NCBI RefSeq assembly: GCF_021378375.1
Contig: NZ_CP076228.1
Coordinates: forward strand, 930,001-962,000
Length of the DNA: 32,000 nucleotides
Direction: 5' to 3'
From: Wolbachia endosymbiont of Drosophila innubila
Lineage (GTDB): Bacteria; Pseudomonadota; Alphaproteobacteria; Rickettsiales; Anaplasmataceae
The notes below the pieces were generated by a model, which had not been told where the DNA came from, did no database searches, and saw only the letters and a list, made by a program, of their open reading frames with translations. This document shows, one piece after another, positions 1 to 9,861 of this stretch. Both the position numbers and the translations under genes were made by a program. Each line of letters begins with the position of its first letter. The stretch's first letter is position 1.

Positions 1-1
1 T

Positions 2-322
2 GATCTTGATAGATATGGTATAATGTTTCGTGCAAGCCCACGTCAATCAGATGTGATGATTGTTGCTGGCACACTAACTAATAAAATGGCAGCAGCATTG
101 CGCAAGGTTTATGATCAAATGGCAGACCCGAAGTATGTTATTTCCATGGGAAGTTGTGCAAATGGTGGTGGTTATTACCATTACTCTTATTCAGTAGTCC
201 GAGGCTGTGATAGAATTGTGCCAGTTGACGTGTATGTCCCTGGATGCCCACCAACCGCTGAGGCGTTGCTATATGGAATGCTATGCCTACAAAACAAAAT
301 AAAACGGACTCGGAATGGATAA
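2..322 (+). CDS. nuoB: NADH-quinone oxidoreductase subunit B, C-terminal part (5' end outside window)
   Basis: The frame is open from base 2 ([30 protein letters not shown]...). It has the conserved NuoB/PSST blocks [29 protein letters not shown] and YVPGCPP. It overlaps the next gene by 8 nt. Confidence 0.95.
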   Translation, partial: DLDRYGIMFRASPRQSDVMIVAGTLTNKMAAALRKVYDQMADPKYVISMGSCANGGGYYHYSYSVVRGCDRIVPVDVYVPGCPPTAEALLYGMLCLQNKIKRTRNG

Positions 323-887
323 AACTGCAAAGTATATACAAAAAAAGACCAAATGCGAGTGCATTCAAAAAGATGATGGCATTATTGTAATATATTCAAC
401 TTTAGATGAAATTGAAAAGTACCTATTCTTTCTACGTGATGATGAAAAGTGTAGGTTTGAACTATTAGTTGATATTTTTGGGGTTGACTATCCAAATAGA
501 GAGAAGCGTTTCGAGCTAATATACAATCTACTCAGCATTGTGCATAATATTAGAGTACACATAAAGCTTCAGTTATGTGAAAGCGACATGCCTCCAAGTG
601 TAGCGAAGATATTTAGTACGGCTTTGTGGTTTGAGCGTGAAGTGTTTGATATGTATGGAATAGAGTTTTCTGATCACCCTGATTTGCGTAGGATTCTAAC
701 AGACTATGGATTCAAAGGTCATCCAATGTTAAAAGATTTCCCTCTCACTGGTTATGAGGAAGTAAGATATGATATAGAGACAAAAAAGGTTGTGTATAAT
801 CCTATAGATTTACCGCAAGATTTTCGTATGTTTGATAGCTTATCGCCTTGGGAAGGTAAAACCATAAAAGTAAATACAAAGGAGTAG
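315..887 (+). CDS. nuoC: NADH-quinone oxidoreductase subunit C (30-kDa subunit)
   Basis: 190 aa with the typical NuoC core [51 protein letters not shown]. It lies directly after nuoB. Confidence 0.93.
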   Translation: MDKTAKYIQKKTKCECIQKDDGIIVIYSTLDEIEKYLFFLRDDEKCRFELLVDIFGVDYPNREKRFELIYNLLSIVHNIRVHIKLQLCESDMPPSVAKIFSTALWFEREVFDMYGIEFSDHPDLRRILTDYGFKGHPMLKDFPLTGYEEVRYDIETKKVVYNPIDLPQDFRMFDSLSPWEGKTIKVNTKE

Positions 888-1841
<954 letters not shown>

Positions 1842-1874
1842 GCAAATTAATGGTTTTATAGAGCTTCTTTATAG

Positions 1875-2636
1875 CTAAAACAGCCTAAAAAAGTTGCTTG
1901 TGGTTACCTTCGCTACTTGTTCTGGTGACTCATTCCACAACTCTGCCAAACAATCAACAACGTATTTCACCATTGCTGGTTCATTCTTTTTTCCCCTATA
2001 AGGCTCAGGTGATAGATATGGTGCATCAGTTTCGACTAAAACACGCTCGCGTGGTACATTTTGTGCAATTTCTCTGAGTAAGCTCGCATTTTTAAAAGTA
2101 ATAATTCCAGAAAATGAAATATATAACCCCAAATCTATAGATTGATAAGCAAGTTCTTTAGAGGAAGCAAAGCAGTGCATTACTCCACTAAAAGCACCGG
2201 CTTTCATTTCTGACCTTAACATATCGATCATCTCATTATCAGCGCTTCTTGTGTGAATAACTAAAGGTAGTCCAGTTATTCTTGACGCTTCTATATGTAA
2301 TGCAAAACTTTTTTTCTGATTGTCTTTGTTGTCAGATTTATAAAAATCTAACCCGGTTTCACCGATACTAATTACCTTTTGGTTCTTGGTAAATTCAACT
2401 AATTCATCAACATGTATACACTCACCGTTTTCTATAGCAGCATCAAGCGGATGTATACCAACAGAGGAGTAGACCTGATCATAGGATGAAGAAATTTTTA
2501 ATAACTTAGGAACATCGTCAATGCTTACGCATATGTTATGCAAAACCTTTACACCATTTTGCTCTGCCCTTGAAATTACTTTTGGTATTTCATCGTCAGA
2601 AAAATAAATCAAGTGGCAATGAGAATCTACTATCAT
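1875..2636 (-). CDS. tatD: TatD-family metal-dependent hydrolase/DNase
   Basis: 253 aa with N-terminal DSHCHL, GETGLDFY and a later VETDAPYL motif, characteristic of TatD/YcfH. There is an ATGA start/stop overlap with the upstream rppH. Confidence 0.85.
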   Translation of the reverse strand: MIVDSHCHLIYFSDDEIPKVISRAEQNGVKVLHNICVSIDDVPKLLKISSSYDQVYSSVGIHPLDAAIENGECIHVDELVEFTKNQKVISIGETGLDFYKSDNKDNQKKSFALHIEASRITGLPLVIHTRSADNEMIDMLRSEMKAGAFSGVMHCFASSKELAYQSIDLGLYISFSGIITFKNASLLREIAQNVPRERVLVETDAPYLSPEPYRGKKNEPAMVKYVVDCLAELWNESPEQVAKVTTSNFFRLF

Positions 2637-3121
2637 GAGCTTATTGTTGAGGCTTTTATTATAGAAGAAAACTCTTCTATCACTGTTTTATAAACTTCTT
2701 TTTTAAATGATATAGCACTGGCTACTAAACTATCTATACCTTGCCAACGCCACTCTTTGAACTCTGGATGACCAGTATAATTAATATCAATGTCCTCATC
2801 CTCTCCGCAAAACTTCATTAAGAACCACCTTTGCTTTTGACCAGAATATTTTCCATTCCAGCATATTGGTATAACTTCTTCAGGCAAGTTGTAGTATATC
2901 CAATCCTTGCTTTTAGTTATAACCTTTACTTTATTAGTACCAACCTCCTCTAGCAACTCACGTAACGCTGCTTGTTCCAGTTCCTCACCATCATCAACAC
3001 CTCCTTGTGGCATCTGCCAGTAAGAATCGCTATCAAAGCGTTTTCCAATAAAGGCATGTCCTTGTCTGTTAAATAGCATTATGCCAACACAAGGACGGTA
3101 CTTATCTTTCTGCTCAACCAC
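2633..3121 (-). CDS. rppH: RNA pyrophosphohydrolase (Nudix hydrolase RppH/NudH)
   Basis: 162 aa with the Nudix box GGVDDGEELEQAALRELLEEVG and an N-terminal YRPCVGIMLFN typical of RppH. The start is GTG at 3121 and overlaps the stop of the upstream gene by 8 nt. Confidence 0.88.
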   Translation of the reverse strand: MVEQKDKYRPCVGIMLFNRQGHAFIGKRFDSDSYWQMPQGGVDDGEELEQAALRELLEEVGTNKVKVITKSKDWIYYNLPEEVIPICWNGKYSGQKQRWFLMKFCGEDEDIDINYTGHPEFKEWRWQGIDSLVASAISFKKEVYKTVIEEFSSIIKASTISS

Positions 3122-3731
3122 GAGTACGCTCTGTTTTTAAATGATTTGTTACAGAAGTTTTAATTAATTTTCCATTTTTTTCTTTCTTCATCTCTTCAAC
3201 AATTTTCTTTGCAACTTCCTTTGCACTCAAGTTCGAGTTATCAATTTCAAGCGAACCCTCAGGTATAAATAGCCTTTTCCCTTCAATTTTCTTTATAGCA
3301 AAATCCGGATCAGTAATTTTATTTTCCTGATATCTCTCTTCTGATTGGACACGTCTTACTAGTTTTTCATTATTACAATGTAATACTACAGAAAAAATTT
3401 CCATGTCCATTTTTTTACTTAAATTTACCACTGAGTTATATAATCTTTGGTCATAGGGATCACCCTCTATCAATTCATTTGTAAATATATAATGTTTTGA
3501 TTTTACGTAGTGTTTTTCCAGTATTGCTAATACATTTTCCCTAACTGCAAAAATTTTTTCCCATAGGTCATCTGGAACTTCAGCGTTTTGTAATTTAACA
3601 ATATCAAATATAATATTATTGAATAGATTATTGCTTACTATTACTGCACCAATGATTTTACACAGTTCCTTTGCAGTAGTAAACTTACCACTGCCTGGAA
3701 AGCCGATTAAGTAGATGAGAGTCTTGCCCAT
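3114..3731 (-). CDS. P-loop NTPase, small predicted kinase/AAA-like ATP-binding protein
   Basis: A Walker A motif (GFPGSGKFTTAKEL) follows directly after MGKTLIYLI. I place the start at ATG 3731, because the 19-codon extension to 3788 is hydrophobic junk with no homology logic. The specific substrate is unknown. Confidence 0.6.
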   Translation of the reverse strand: MGKTLIYLIGFPGSGKFTTAKELCKIIGAVIVSNNLFNNIIFDIVKLQNAEVPDDLWEKIFAVRENVLAILEKHYVKSKHYIFTNELIEGDPYDQRLYNSVVNLSKKMDMEIFSVVLHCNNEKLVRRVQSEERYQENKITDPDFAIKKIEGKRLFIPEGSLEIDNSNLSAKEVAKKIVEEMKKEKNGKLIKTSVTNHLKTERTRG

Positions 3732-3910
3732 AATGAATACTAGTAAAAAGCTATTTTCAATTATATAAAAAGTATATACATTGTACATGCTAAAAACATG
3801 ATGATAAAATAGATGCAGGTAATACCTTTAACAAGTAGTTGCGTTGAAAATAGTTCATATTTAGAAATTTTGAGTATATAATTATAAATGAATCATATAA
3901 CCTGTAAACA

Positions 3911-4228
3911 ATGCTTAGCGATATGGAATCGATAAGAAGTACAATTGAAGAGATAATAGATCAAAATAAAGGTCATGATATAGTAACTTTTGATGTGCAG
4001 AATAAAACCGTTATTGCAAAATATATGATTATTGCATCTGGTGATTCAAGCCGTCACGTTAAAGCTTTAGCTGAGCACGTAATAAAAAGCCTCAAGCCAC
4101 ATGATAAAATAGATGTAGAAGGTATGGATGAAGGCAATTGGGTAGTTTTGAATTTTCAAGGCATAATGGTTCACATATTCAGGCCGGAAGTAAGGGAGTA
4201 TTATAAAATAGAAGAGTTATGGAACTGA
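3911..4228 (+). CDS. rsfS: ribosome silencing factor RsfS (Iojap family)
   Basis: 105 aa with the pattern DIVTFDV...AKYMIIASGDSSRHVKALAEHV...EGNWVVLNFQGIMVHIFRPEVREYYKIEELW, typical of RsfS. Confidence 0.88.
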   Translation: MLSDMESIRSTIEEIIDQNKGHDIVTFDVQNKTVIAKYMIIASGDSSRHVKALAEHVIKSLKPHDKIDVEGMDEGNWVVLNFQGIMVHIFRPEVREYYKIEELWN

Positions 4229-4230
4229 TT

Positions 4231-4405
4231 GCCTGGATAGCTGGTGCACAACTGCACAAACGTTGTAATTTTGAAGGCAACTCCTGCACAGGTAGTGGTG
4301 TCATGAAAGTAGCTGACACTGGATCCAGTTTTTCATGCAATTTCATCGGAAACGTTGTATAGTGTGCTTGTTTATAATTAAGTTCCAGTGTCTGGGCACT
4401 GGCTT
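4231..4405. repeat. cluster of interspersed hairpin-forming repeat modules
   Basis: It contains GTGCACAACTGCACAAACGTTGTAATTTTGAAGG and GGTGTCATGAAAGTAGCTGACACTGGATCCAG. It also has the hairpin CCAGTG-tctggg-CACTGG (4385..4402). Related modules recur at 24071..24145 and, inverted, at 27505..27590. Confidence 0.75.
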
Positions 4406-4458
4406 CTCTATTAGGGTTACCTTCGGCATTAATGACAGGATAGACTGGGGTTTATAAA

Positions 4459-5709
4459 ATGAAACACGCATCTGAATTTTTAAATTTCATCCAAGAAAGA
4501 GGGTACCTATACCAATGCACAAACATTGAAGGACTAGATCAATTATTATTGCAGAGCAATTATATAGTTGCATACATTGGGTTTGATTGCACAGCACCAA
4601 GTCTTCATGCTGGTCACCTAATTCAGATTATGATGCTCTGTCACCTACAAAAATTTGGTTATAAGCCGATAGTCTTACTTGGAGGTGGCACAACAAAAAT
4701 TGGTGACCCATCCTTCAAAGATAAAGCAAGAAGCATCTTGCCTGTAGAGAACATCAATCAAAATACATCCAGTATAAGGAGAATATTAGAGAAAATGGTA
4801 TCTTTTAATGACAGCAAGACTGGTGCAATGATAGTAAATAACGCAGATTGGTTGGATAACATAAAATACATAGATTTTTTGCGTGATATAGGAGCTTATT
4901 TTTCTGTAAATCGTATGCTAAGTTTTGATAGTGTGAAAACCAGGCTGGATAGAGAGCAAACCTTAAGCTTTCTAGAATTTAATTACATGCTATTGCAAGC
5001 TTACGACTTTATTGAATTAAACAAAAAATATGATTGTCGTCTGCAGATTGGAGGGTCAGACCAGTGGGGAAATATAGTAAACGGAATTGAACTTGGAAAA
5101 AAGTTGAATTTACCTGAGCTATTTGGCCTTACCATGCCTCTTTTATTAAATGCACAAGGAAAAAAAATGGGCAAAACTGAAAGTGGAGCAGTGTGGCTTG
5201 ATGATAATATGCTAAAGCCTTACGACTACTGGCAATATTTTCGCAACGTTGATGATCAAGATGTTGGACGTTTTTTAAGATTGCTCACTGATGTGCCAAT
5301 TGATGAGATTAGAAAATTAGAGTCTTTAAAGGATCAAGAAATAAATGAAGCAAAAAAGGTCTTGGCAACAGAAGTGACAAAAATATGTCATGGTGACAAA
5401 GAAGCGGAACTTGCACAATTTGCTGCAATTTCTGCTTTTGAGAATGAAGATAGCTCACTACTTCCTGATTACATCATAAAAAAAGAACAAGTTGCAAGCG
5501 GCATATCCTTAGTAGACCTACTACATGACACCGGTTTTGAACCTTCAAAAGGCGCTGCAAAGCGTTTAATACAGGGCAACGGATGCAAGATTAATGATAA
5601 TGTTGTAAACAATATTGATCATGTAATAAATTTCGAAAGCTTTAAAGATCAGCCATTTATAAAATTATCTGCAGGAAAGAAACGCCATATAAAAGTTGTG
5701 GTAGATTAG
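4459..5709 (+). CDS. tyrS: tyrosine--tRNA ligase
   Basis: 416 aa class I aaRS with a HIGH-type motif (PSLHAGHL), a KMSKS-type motif (KMGKT) and a C-terminal S4-like domain. Confidence 0.95.
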   Translation: MKHASEFLNFIQERGYLYQCTNIEGLDQLLLQSNYIVAYIGFDCTAPSLHAGHLIQIMMLCHLQKFGYKPIVLLGGGTTKIGDPSFKDKARSILPVENINQNTSSIRRILEKMVSFNDSKTGAMIVNNADWLDNIKYIDFLRDIGAYFSVNRMLSFDSVKTRLDREQTLSFLEFNYMLLQAYDFIELNKKYDCRLQIGGSDQWGNIVNGIELGKKLNLPELFGLTMPLLLNAQGKKMGKTESGAVWLDDNMLKPYDYWQYFRNVDDQDVGRFLRLLTDVPIDEIRKLESLKDQEINEAKKVLATEVTKICHGDKEAELAQFAAISAFENEDSSLLPDYIIKKEQVASGISLVDLLHDTGFEPSKGAAKRLIQGNGCKINDNVVNNIDHVINFESFKDQPFIKLSAGKKRHIKVVVD

Positions 5710-5879
5710 GTCTCGAAGTAAGAAAACAAATTTTATACAAGTGAGAAATTAGATATGGAGCAAATTTTCAAAATTCGAGAATTATGTATAAAACAACTGG
5801 AAAGATAGTAGAAAGCGAAATTCTATTATATATAGCTAAAGTGGCTTAGGTTTACCTACAATTTGAAAAACAACAAATT

Positions 5880-6021
5880 CGTCATTTCGCTACTCATTAG
5901 CGGAATCTATACCGCGAATGAATCCATAACTGTACGGACATTGCAATTTGGGCCTACCAGGAGGGCAATGCCTCTTATCCAAGTACCCTCTTCTTGTCAT
6001 CCAAGTAGCCGACACTGGGAT
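5880..6021. repeat. interspersed hairpin repeat modules flanking the IS copy
   Basis: CGTCATTTCGCTACTCATTAGCGGAATCTATACCGCGAAT is the reverse complement of a module at 19640..19695. AACTGTACGGACATTGCAATTTGGG recurs at 18398, 23718 and 24071. GTCATCCAAGTAGCCGACACTGGGAT recurs inverted at 19506..19531. Confidence 0.8.
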
Positions 6022-7094
6022 GGCTTTGCTGCATAGCAACTGAAAAAATCTGGTGGCTACTGACAAAATTCATTATAAAATAGCCATTTAACCTTGAAAG
6101 AAAAAATATGCCACAAAAAATGAGGGTCAGTAACCATAGCGAATATAACAAATTTCTAGAAAAAAGAGGAAATATTTTTCATTATATCAACGAAGCCATA
6201 GAAAAGTGGTACGAGAATGGTCCAAAAATACCAGGTGGCAACAATATTTATAGCGATAAAGTTGTAATTTTGGTGCACATAATAACTTGTTTATTTAGAA
6301 TAGGCCTGAGGCAAACAGTTGGGTTTATAGCAGGATACCTTGAGCAAATTGGGAAAAATTTGCAAGTTATCAGCTATTCACAATCATCAAGAAGGTTTAA
6401 GAAACTCAATATTAAGATCAATGATTGCAGAAAATAATATGGAAGATATCGAAATTGCTATAGACAGTACAGGAATTAGTATATACAACAACACTCCTGG
6501 TCATAGCAAAGAAAATAGCGAAGATAGAAAGTATCGCAGCTATGAACAGACAAGAAAATTGCATGTAATGTTGAATATAAACAACAAAAAAGCCATAGCT
6601 GTAAAATACAGTAACGGCTGATCACTATGGAGCTTGTGATTTGCTAAAAGAAGTCGATTTTCAGTATGTCATAAAAGTACTATATGCAGATAGGGCATAT
6701 GACAGAGAAAAGCTCTATAAGCTGTGTAATCAATATGGTATAAAAACGAAAATTCCTCCGAAAAACAACGCAGCAGAGCATCCAAAGTTAGACTATATGG
6801 CTGAGAGAAATTCTGCAGTCAAGCTCATAAAGTCATATGATGAAGATGGTATAAAGAAGTGGAAAAAAGAGATGAGTTATGGAAAAAGATCTTATATAGA
6901 AAGTTTTTTCTCGCGACTGAAACAAACATTCGGGTTTAGTTTTAGGAATAAATCTGAGACAAATAGAGAGAAGGAACTACTTGTTAAATGCTATTTGCTC
7001 AATAAGTTCACTGATATTGGTATGGCTAAATTTGAGATAGCTTCATAAATTTATTGTGCGTTACCTACTATCCGAAGAGCGATGCAACAAAGCC
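6022..7094 (+). mobile_element. IS5-family insertion sequence, copy 1 (transposase split over three frames)
   Basis: It is bounded by inverted termini GGCTTTGCTGCATAGC (6022..) and AGCGATGCAACAAAGCC (..7094). The same termini bound the copy at 18458..19505. No direct target duplication is visible at these boundaries. Confidence 0.8.
6108..7048 (+). pseudogene. DDE transposase (IS5 family) interrupted by two +1 frame changes
   Basis: There are three consecutive ORFs at 6108..6437, 6340..6621 and 6641..7048, in frames 0, +1 and +2. DDE-type blocks are present: AIDSTGI, LYADRAYD and YGKRSYIESFFSRLK. The frame continues as ...TADHYGACDLLKEVDF across the TGA at 6619..6621. Confidence 0.75.
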
Positions 7095-7225
7095 CATGCA
7101 CTGGAATGACAGCAGTCCTACGTCATACCGCGATTCATTCGCGGTATCTCTTAACATAGATCCCTTACTTAACCGTCATACCTTAACATAGATCCCGCTA
7201 ACAAGCAGCGGGATGACGGTTGTCG
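7095..7225. repeat. interspersed hairpin repeat modules
   Basis: It has the hairpins ATACCGCGA-ttcat-TCGCGGTAT and CCCGCT-aacaagc-AGCGGG. It ends in GGGATGACGGTTGTCG, as at 19680..19695. Confidence 0.8.
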
Positions 7226-7234
7226 TTTAGCTAC

Positions 7235-7517
7235 AAACATTAAGAAATTTACCAAATAAAAAAAAGGCAAAAGAAGCCCCGTGGTTGGCTAATTACTTAC
7301 ATTATACTTTCAAGTATGGCGTTTTTTTATTCTAAACGCTTAATAACCACGACTCAGCTGCTTTTAAGCTGCAACTAATCTAAATTATAAACATTAAGAA
7401 ATTTACTAAACAGAAAAAAAGGCAAAAGAAACCCTAGGGTAGCTAATTATTCACTATCCATTTTTTAAGTTGGCGTTTTTTAATGTTTTAAATGCTTTAT
7501 AAGCGTATTTCAGCTTG
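7235..7517 (+). repeat. two ~125-bp direct repeats with a 154-bp period
   Basis: 7235..7360 and 7389..7517 both begin AAACATTAAGAAATTTAC-AAA-AAAAAAAGGCAAAAGAA-CCC and contain GGCGTTTTTT. Identity is roughly four in five by eye. Confidence 0.7.
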
Positions 7518-7722
7518 TGTAGGTAAAAACCCAGAATTTGATAAAGACATAGAGTGCACATAGTGCAAAAAATTAAACATGAGACGCCAGATACGTGAGT
7601 TTTTTGTCATTTAATCTGTACAGAGAAGATAAATAAATAGCTTCAGTGTTTATGATAAGGGGGCTGGCGGAGTTTGTCAAGTGGTTTTTTAGCCACGTTT
7701 CCCTGTTATAATGTTCGTTTGC

Positions 7723-7751
7723 TTGACCTAAGATCCAGGAGTATTTAAACT
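7723..7751 (+). promoter_or_regulatory. candidate sigma70-type promoter for ruvAB
   Basis: TTGACC (7723..7728), a 17-nt spacer, then TAAACT (7746..7751), 22 nt upstream of the ruvA ATG. AT-rich DNA gives many chance matches. Confidence 0.3.
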
Positions 7752-7772
7752 GAACTCTATATAGTGTTAAAA

Positions 7773-8345
7773 ATGATAGGAAATCTAAGCGGAATAGTTG
7801 ATGAAGTGCGCAGTGATCACATAATCCTGAATGTGAATGATGTTGGCTATATGGTGTATCTTTCAGCCAAAACTTTAAATGCATGTTCCATCGGAAGTAG
7901 AGTTAAATTACTTATCGAAACCTATGCAAATAACAGAGAAAATGTCGCTCAGCTATATGGTTTTATAAGCAAAGAAGAACAGCAGTGCTTGAGGTTGCTT
8001 GTCAAAGTAAGCGGCGTTAGCTATAAAACTGCAATGTCAATTTTGGGCAAATTAACTCCAGAACAGCTATTTTTGGCAATTATGAATGAAGATAAAGTAG
8101 CACTCAAGATGAGCGGACTTGGCCTGAAACTCATAAATCGAATCATCACTGAATTGAGTGGCAAAGTGAGTAAACTAGAAATAAATAACAATAATTTTCA
8201 TCCAATTAATGAAGATGCCCTTTCAGCATTGATCAATCTTGGGTATGAAAAAATGAAAGCTTATGATACGATAAAAAAATACAGGCCAAATCTGGACACT
8301 AAGGATATTATTCGCATGGCGCTTAAGGAGCTTTCAATACTATGA
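7773..8345 (+). CDS. ruvA: Holliday junction branch migration complex subunit RuvA
   Basis: It starts [12 protein letters not shown], the canonical RuvA N-terminus. For that reason I prefer ATG 7773 over GTG 7764. There is an ATGA overlap with ruvB. Confidence 0.93.
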   Translation: MIGNLSGIVDEVRSDHIILNVNDVGYMVYLSAKTLNACSIGSRVKLLIETYANNRENVAQLYGFISKEEQQCLRLLVKVSGVSYKTAMSILGKLTPEQLFLAIMNEDKVALKMSGLGLKLINRIITELSGKVSKLEINNNNFHPINEDALSALINLGYEKMKAYDTIKKYRPNLDTKDIIRMALKELSIL

Positions 8346-9322
8346 AATCAATATCGTGCGGTAAAGAATATACTGAAGATGTGCGCAATATCAACATCAG
8401 GCCTGAACAACTTGATGATTTTGTCGGGCAAAAAGACTTAATACAAAATTTAAAAGTGTTTATAAACGCTGCACAGACGAGAACTGAAGCTTTAGATCAC
8501 GTTTTATTATATGGTCCTCCAGGGCTTGGCAAAACAACTTTAGCACAAATTGTTTCTAAAGAATTAAGAGTTAGCTTTCGCGCAACTTCTGGTCCTTTAC
8601 TTAGTAAAGCTGGAGATTTGGCCGCAGTGCTTACCACTTTAAATGCAAAAGATGTTCTATTTATCGACGAAATTCATAGATTAAATCGCAGCATCGAAGA
8701 AGTTTTATATACTGCTATGGAAGATTTTTGCCTGGACATATTAGTAGGTGAAGGTCCATCTACTCGCACTTTAAGGATAGATCTACCACCATTTACGCTA
8801 ATTGGAGCAACAACACGGCTTGGATTACTTTCTGCGCCACTCAGAGATCGTTTTGGCATTCCTTTGCATCTTGAGTTTTATTCCTTTGAGGAGCTGGTTA
8901 ATATTATAAAAAGAGGCGCAAGAGTTCTTTCTGCTGAAATTGAAGAGGATGCAGCACGGGAAATTGCCTGCCGTGCGCGCGGCACTCCAAGAATTGCTTT
9001 GAGGTTACTCAGAAGAATAAGGGATTTTGTTGAAGTGAAAGATGATAAAAAAATTACTTATGAAGTCGCTGATTCTGTATTACTAAAATTGGGTGTAGAT
9101 AAAATGGGACTCAATAAACTTGATATGAATTATCTAAGATTTTTATTCAACACTTCAGGCCCTGTTGGAATTGACACCATATCTATTGCGCTATCCGAAG
9201 ATGTTGGCAATATTGAAGAAACAGTAGAACCTTATTTAATCAAAATTAGTTTTGTAAAGCGCACACCAAGAGGGCGCGTTCTAACCGATCAAGCAAAGGA
9301 GTATTTGAGCTTTCAACATTAA
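8342..9322 (+). CDS. ruvB: Holliday junction DNA helicase RuvB
   Basis: 326 aa with Walker [12 protein letters not shown], Walker [10 protein letters not shown] and sensor TRxGLLSxPLRDRFG blocks. Confidence 0.97.
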   Translation: MKSISCGKEYTEDVRNINIRPEQLDDFVGQKDLIQNLKVFINAAQTRTEALDHVLLYGPPGLGKTTLAQIVSKELRVSFRATSGPLLSKAGDLAAVLTTLNAKDVLFIDEIHRLNRSIEEVLYTAMEDFCLDILVGEGPSTRTLRIDLPPFTLIGATTRLGLLSAPLRDRFGIPLHLEFYSFEELVNIIKRGARVLSAEIEEDAAREIACRARGTPRIALRLLRRIRDFVEVKDDKKITYEVADSVLLKLGVDKMGLNKLDMNYLRFLFNTSGPVGIDTISIALSEDVGNIEETVEPYLIKISFVKRTPRGRVLTDQAKEYLSFQH

Positions 9323-9337
9323 ACATCATAATTTATA

Positions 9338-9366
9338 TTGACTAATTGGCATGGTATCTATATGCT
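9338..9366 (+). promoter_or_regulatory. candidate sigma70-type promoter for the orphan gene pair
   Basis: TTGACT (9338..9343), a 17-nt spacer, then TATGCT (9361..9366). It lies in the 77-nt gap after ruvB. Confidence 0.3.
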
Positions 9367-9399
9367 AACATTTATATATTAAAAATAATGGAGGCATAT

Positions 9400-9861
9400 A
9401 TGTTAACTAATAGCACTGAAACTGTATCTTTAATTGAAACTTCTTCTAATCTAAATATCAGTCCTTCTGATAATAATTCGATTTCGGATACTAAAAATGT
9501 ACCTAAATCAACACTAGATGAGAACGTACCTAAATACGTCACTCTTAATAATGCAGAAGAATGGAATGAGTTCTTTATAATGCAGAACAACACTTCTACT
9601 AATACCACTAATAAAAAGAAACCAAAACCTTATATTCATAAGGATAGTAATGGTATATGTACATATACTGCTCGGGATGAGAATAAATATGGTGGTAAGA
9701 ACATTATAGGCAAAATTGCTGAACAAATTAAAGAAGAGATATCTAAAAATATAGAAAATAATGATATAGAATTTATAAAACTTAAAGAAAGCAAAAATGA
9801 AGATAATATTATTGAGCCTGCCGTAAGAATTGCGATAGGTAGTAATACAAAAGAAGCATGA
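9400..9861 (+). CDS. hypothetical protein (153 aa, N/S/T/K-rich, no TM segment)
   Basis: GGAGG at 9390..9394 lies 5 nt before ATG 9400, so I prefer this start over 9346. The composition is low-complexity in the N-terminal half. I recognise no family. Confidence 0.55.
   Translation: MLTNSTETVSLIETSSNLNISPSDNNSISDTKNVPKSTLDENVPKYVTLNNAEEWNEFFIMQNNTSTNTTNKKKPKPYIHKDSNGICTYTARDENKYGGKNIIGKIAEQIKEEISKNIENNDIEFIKLKESKNEDNIIEPAVRIAIGSNTKEA

Noticed and set aside
3732-3788. N-terminal extensions offered by the ORF track (3732..3788, 7764..7772, 9346..9399, 10344..10370, 20787..20828, 22217..22237, 23111..23152)
   Set aside because: In each case a downstream ATG gives the canonical family N-terminus or has a better RBS. 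The extensions use alternative start codons, lie inside a terminator hairpin, or encode hydrophobic junk.
7655-7705. GGGGCTGGCGGAG... upstream of ruvA as a possible tmRNA or SRP RNA 5' end
   Set aside because: There is no T-arm (GGTTCGAATCC-like) sequence, no tag-peptide reading frame and no SRP domain IV motif (GGAAGCAGCC-like) nearby. Only a small GTGG/CCAC hairpin is present.
7573-7884. 103-aa minus-strand ORF spanning the ruvA start and its upstream region
   Set aside because: It overlaps the ruvA 5' end and the promoter-like region, has no family resemblance and is most likely a chance open frame.
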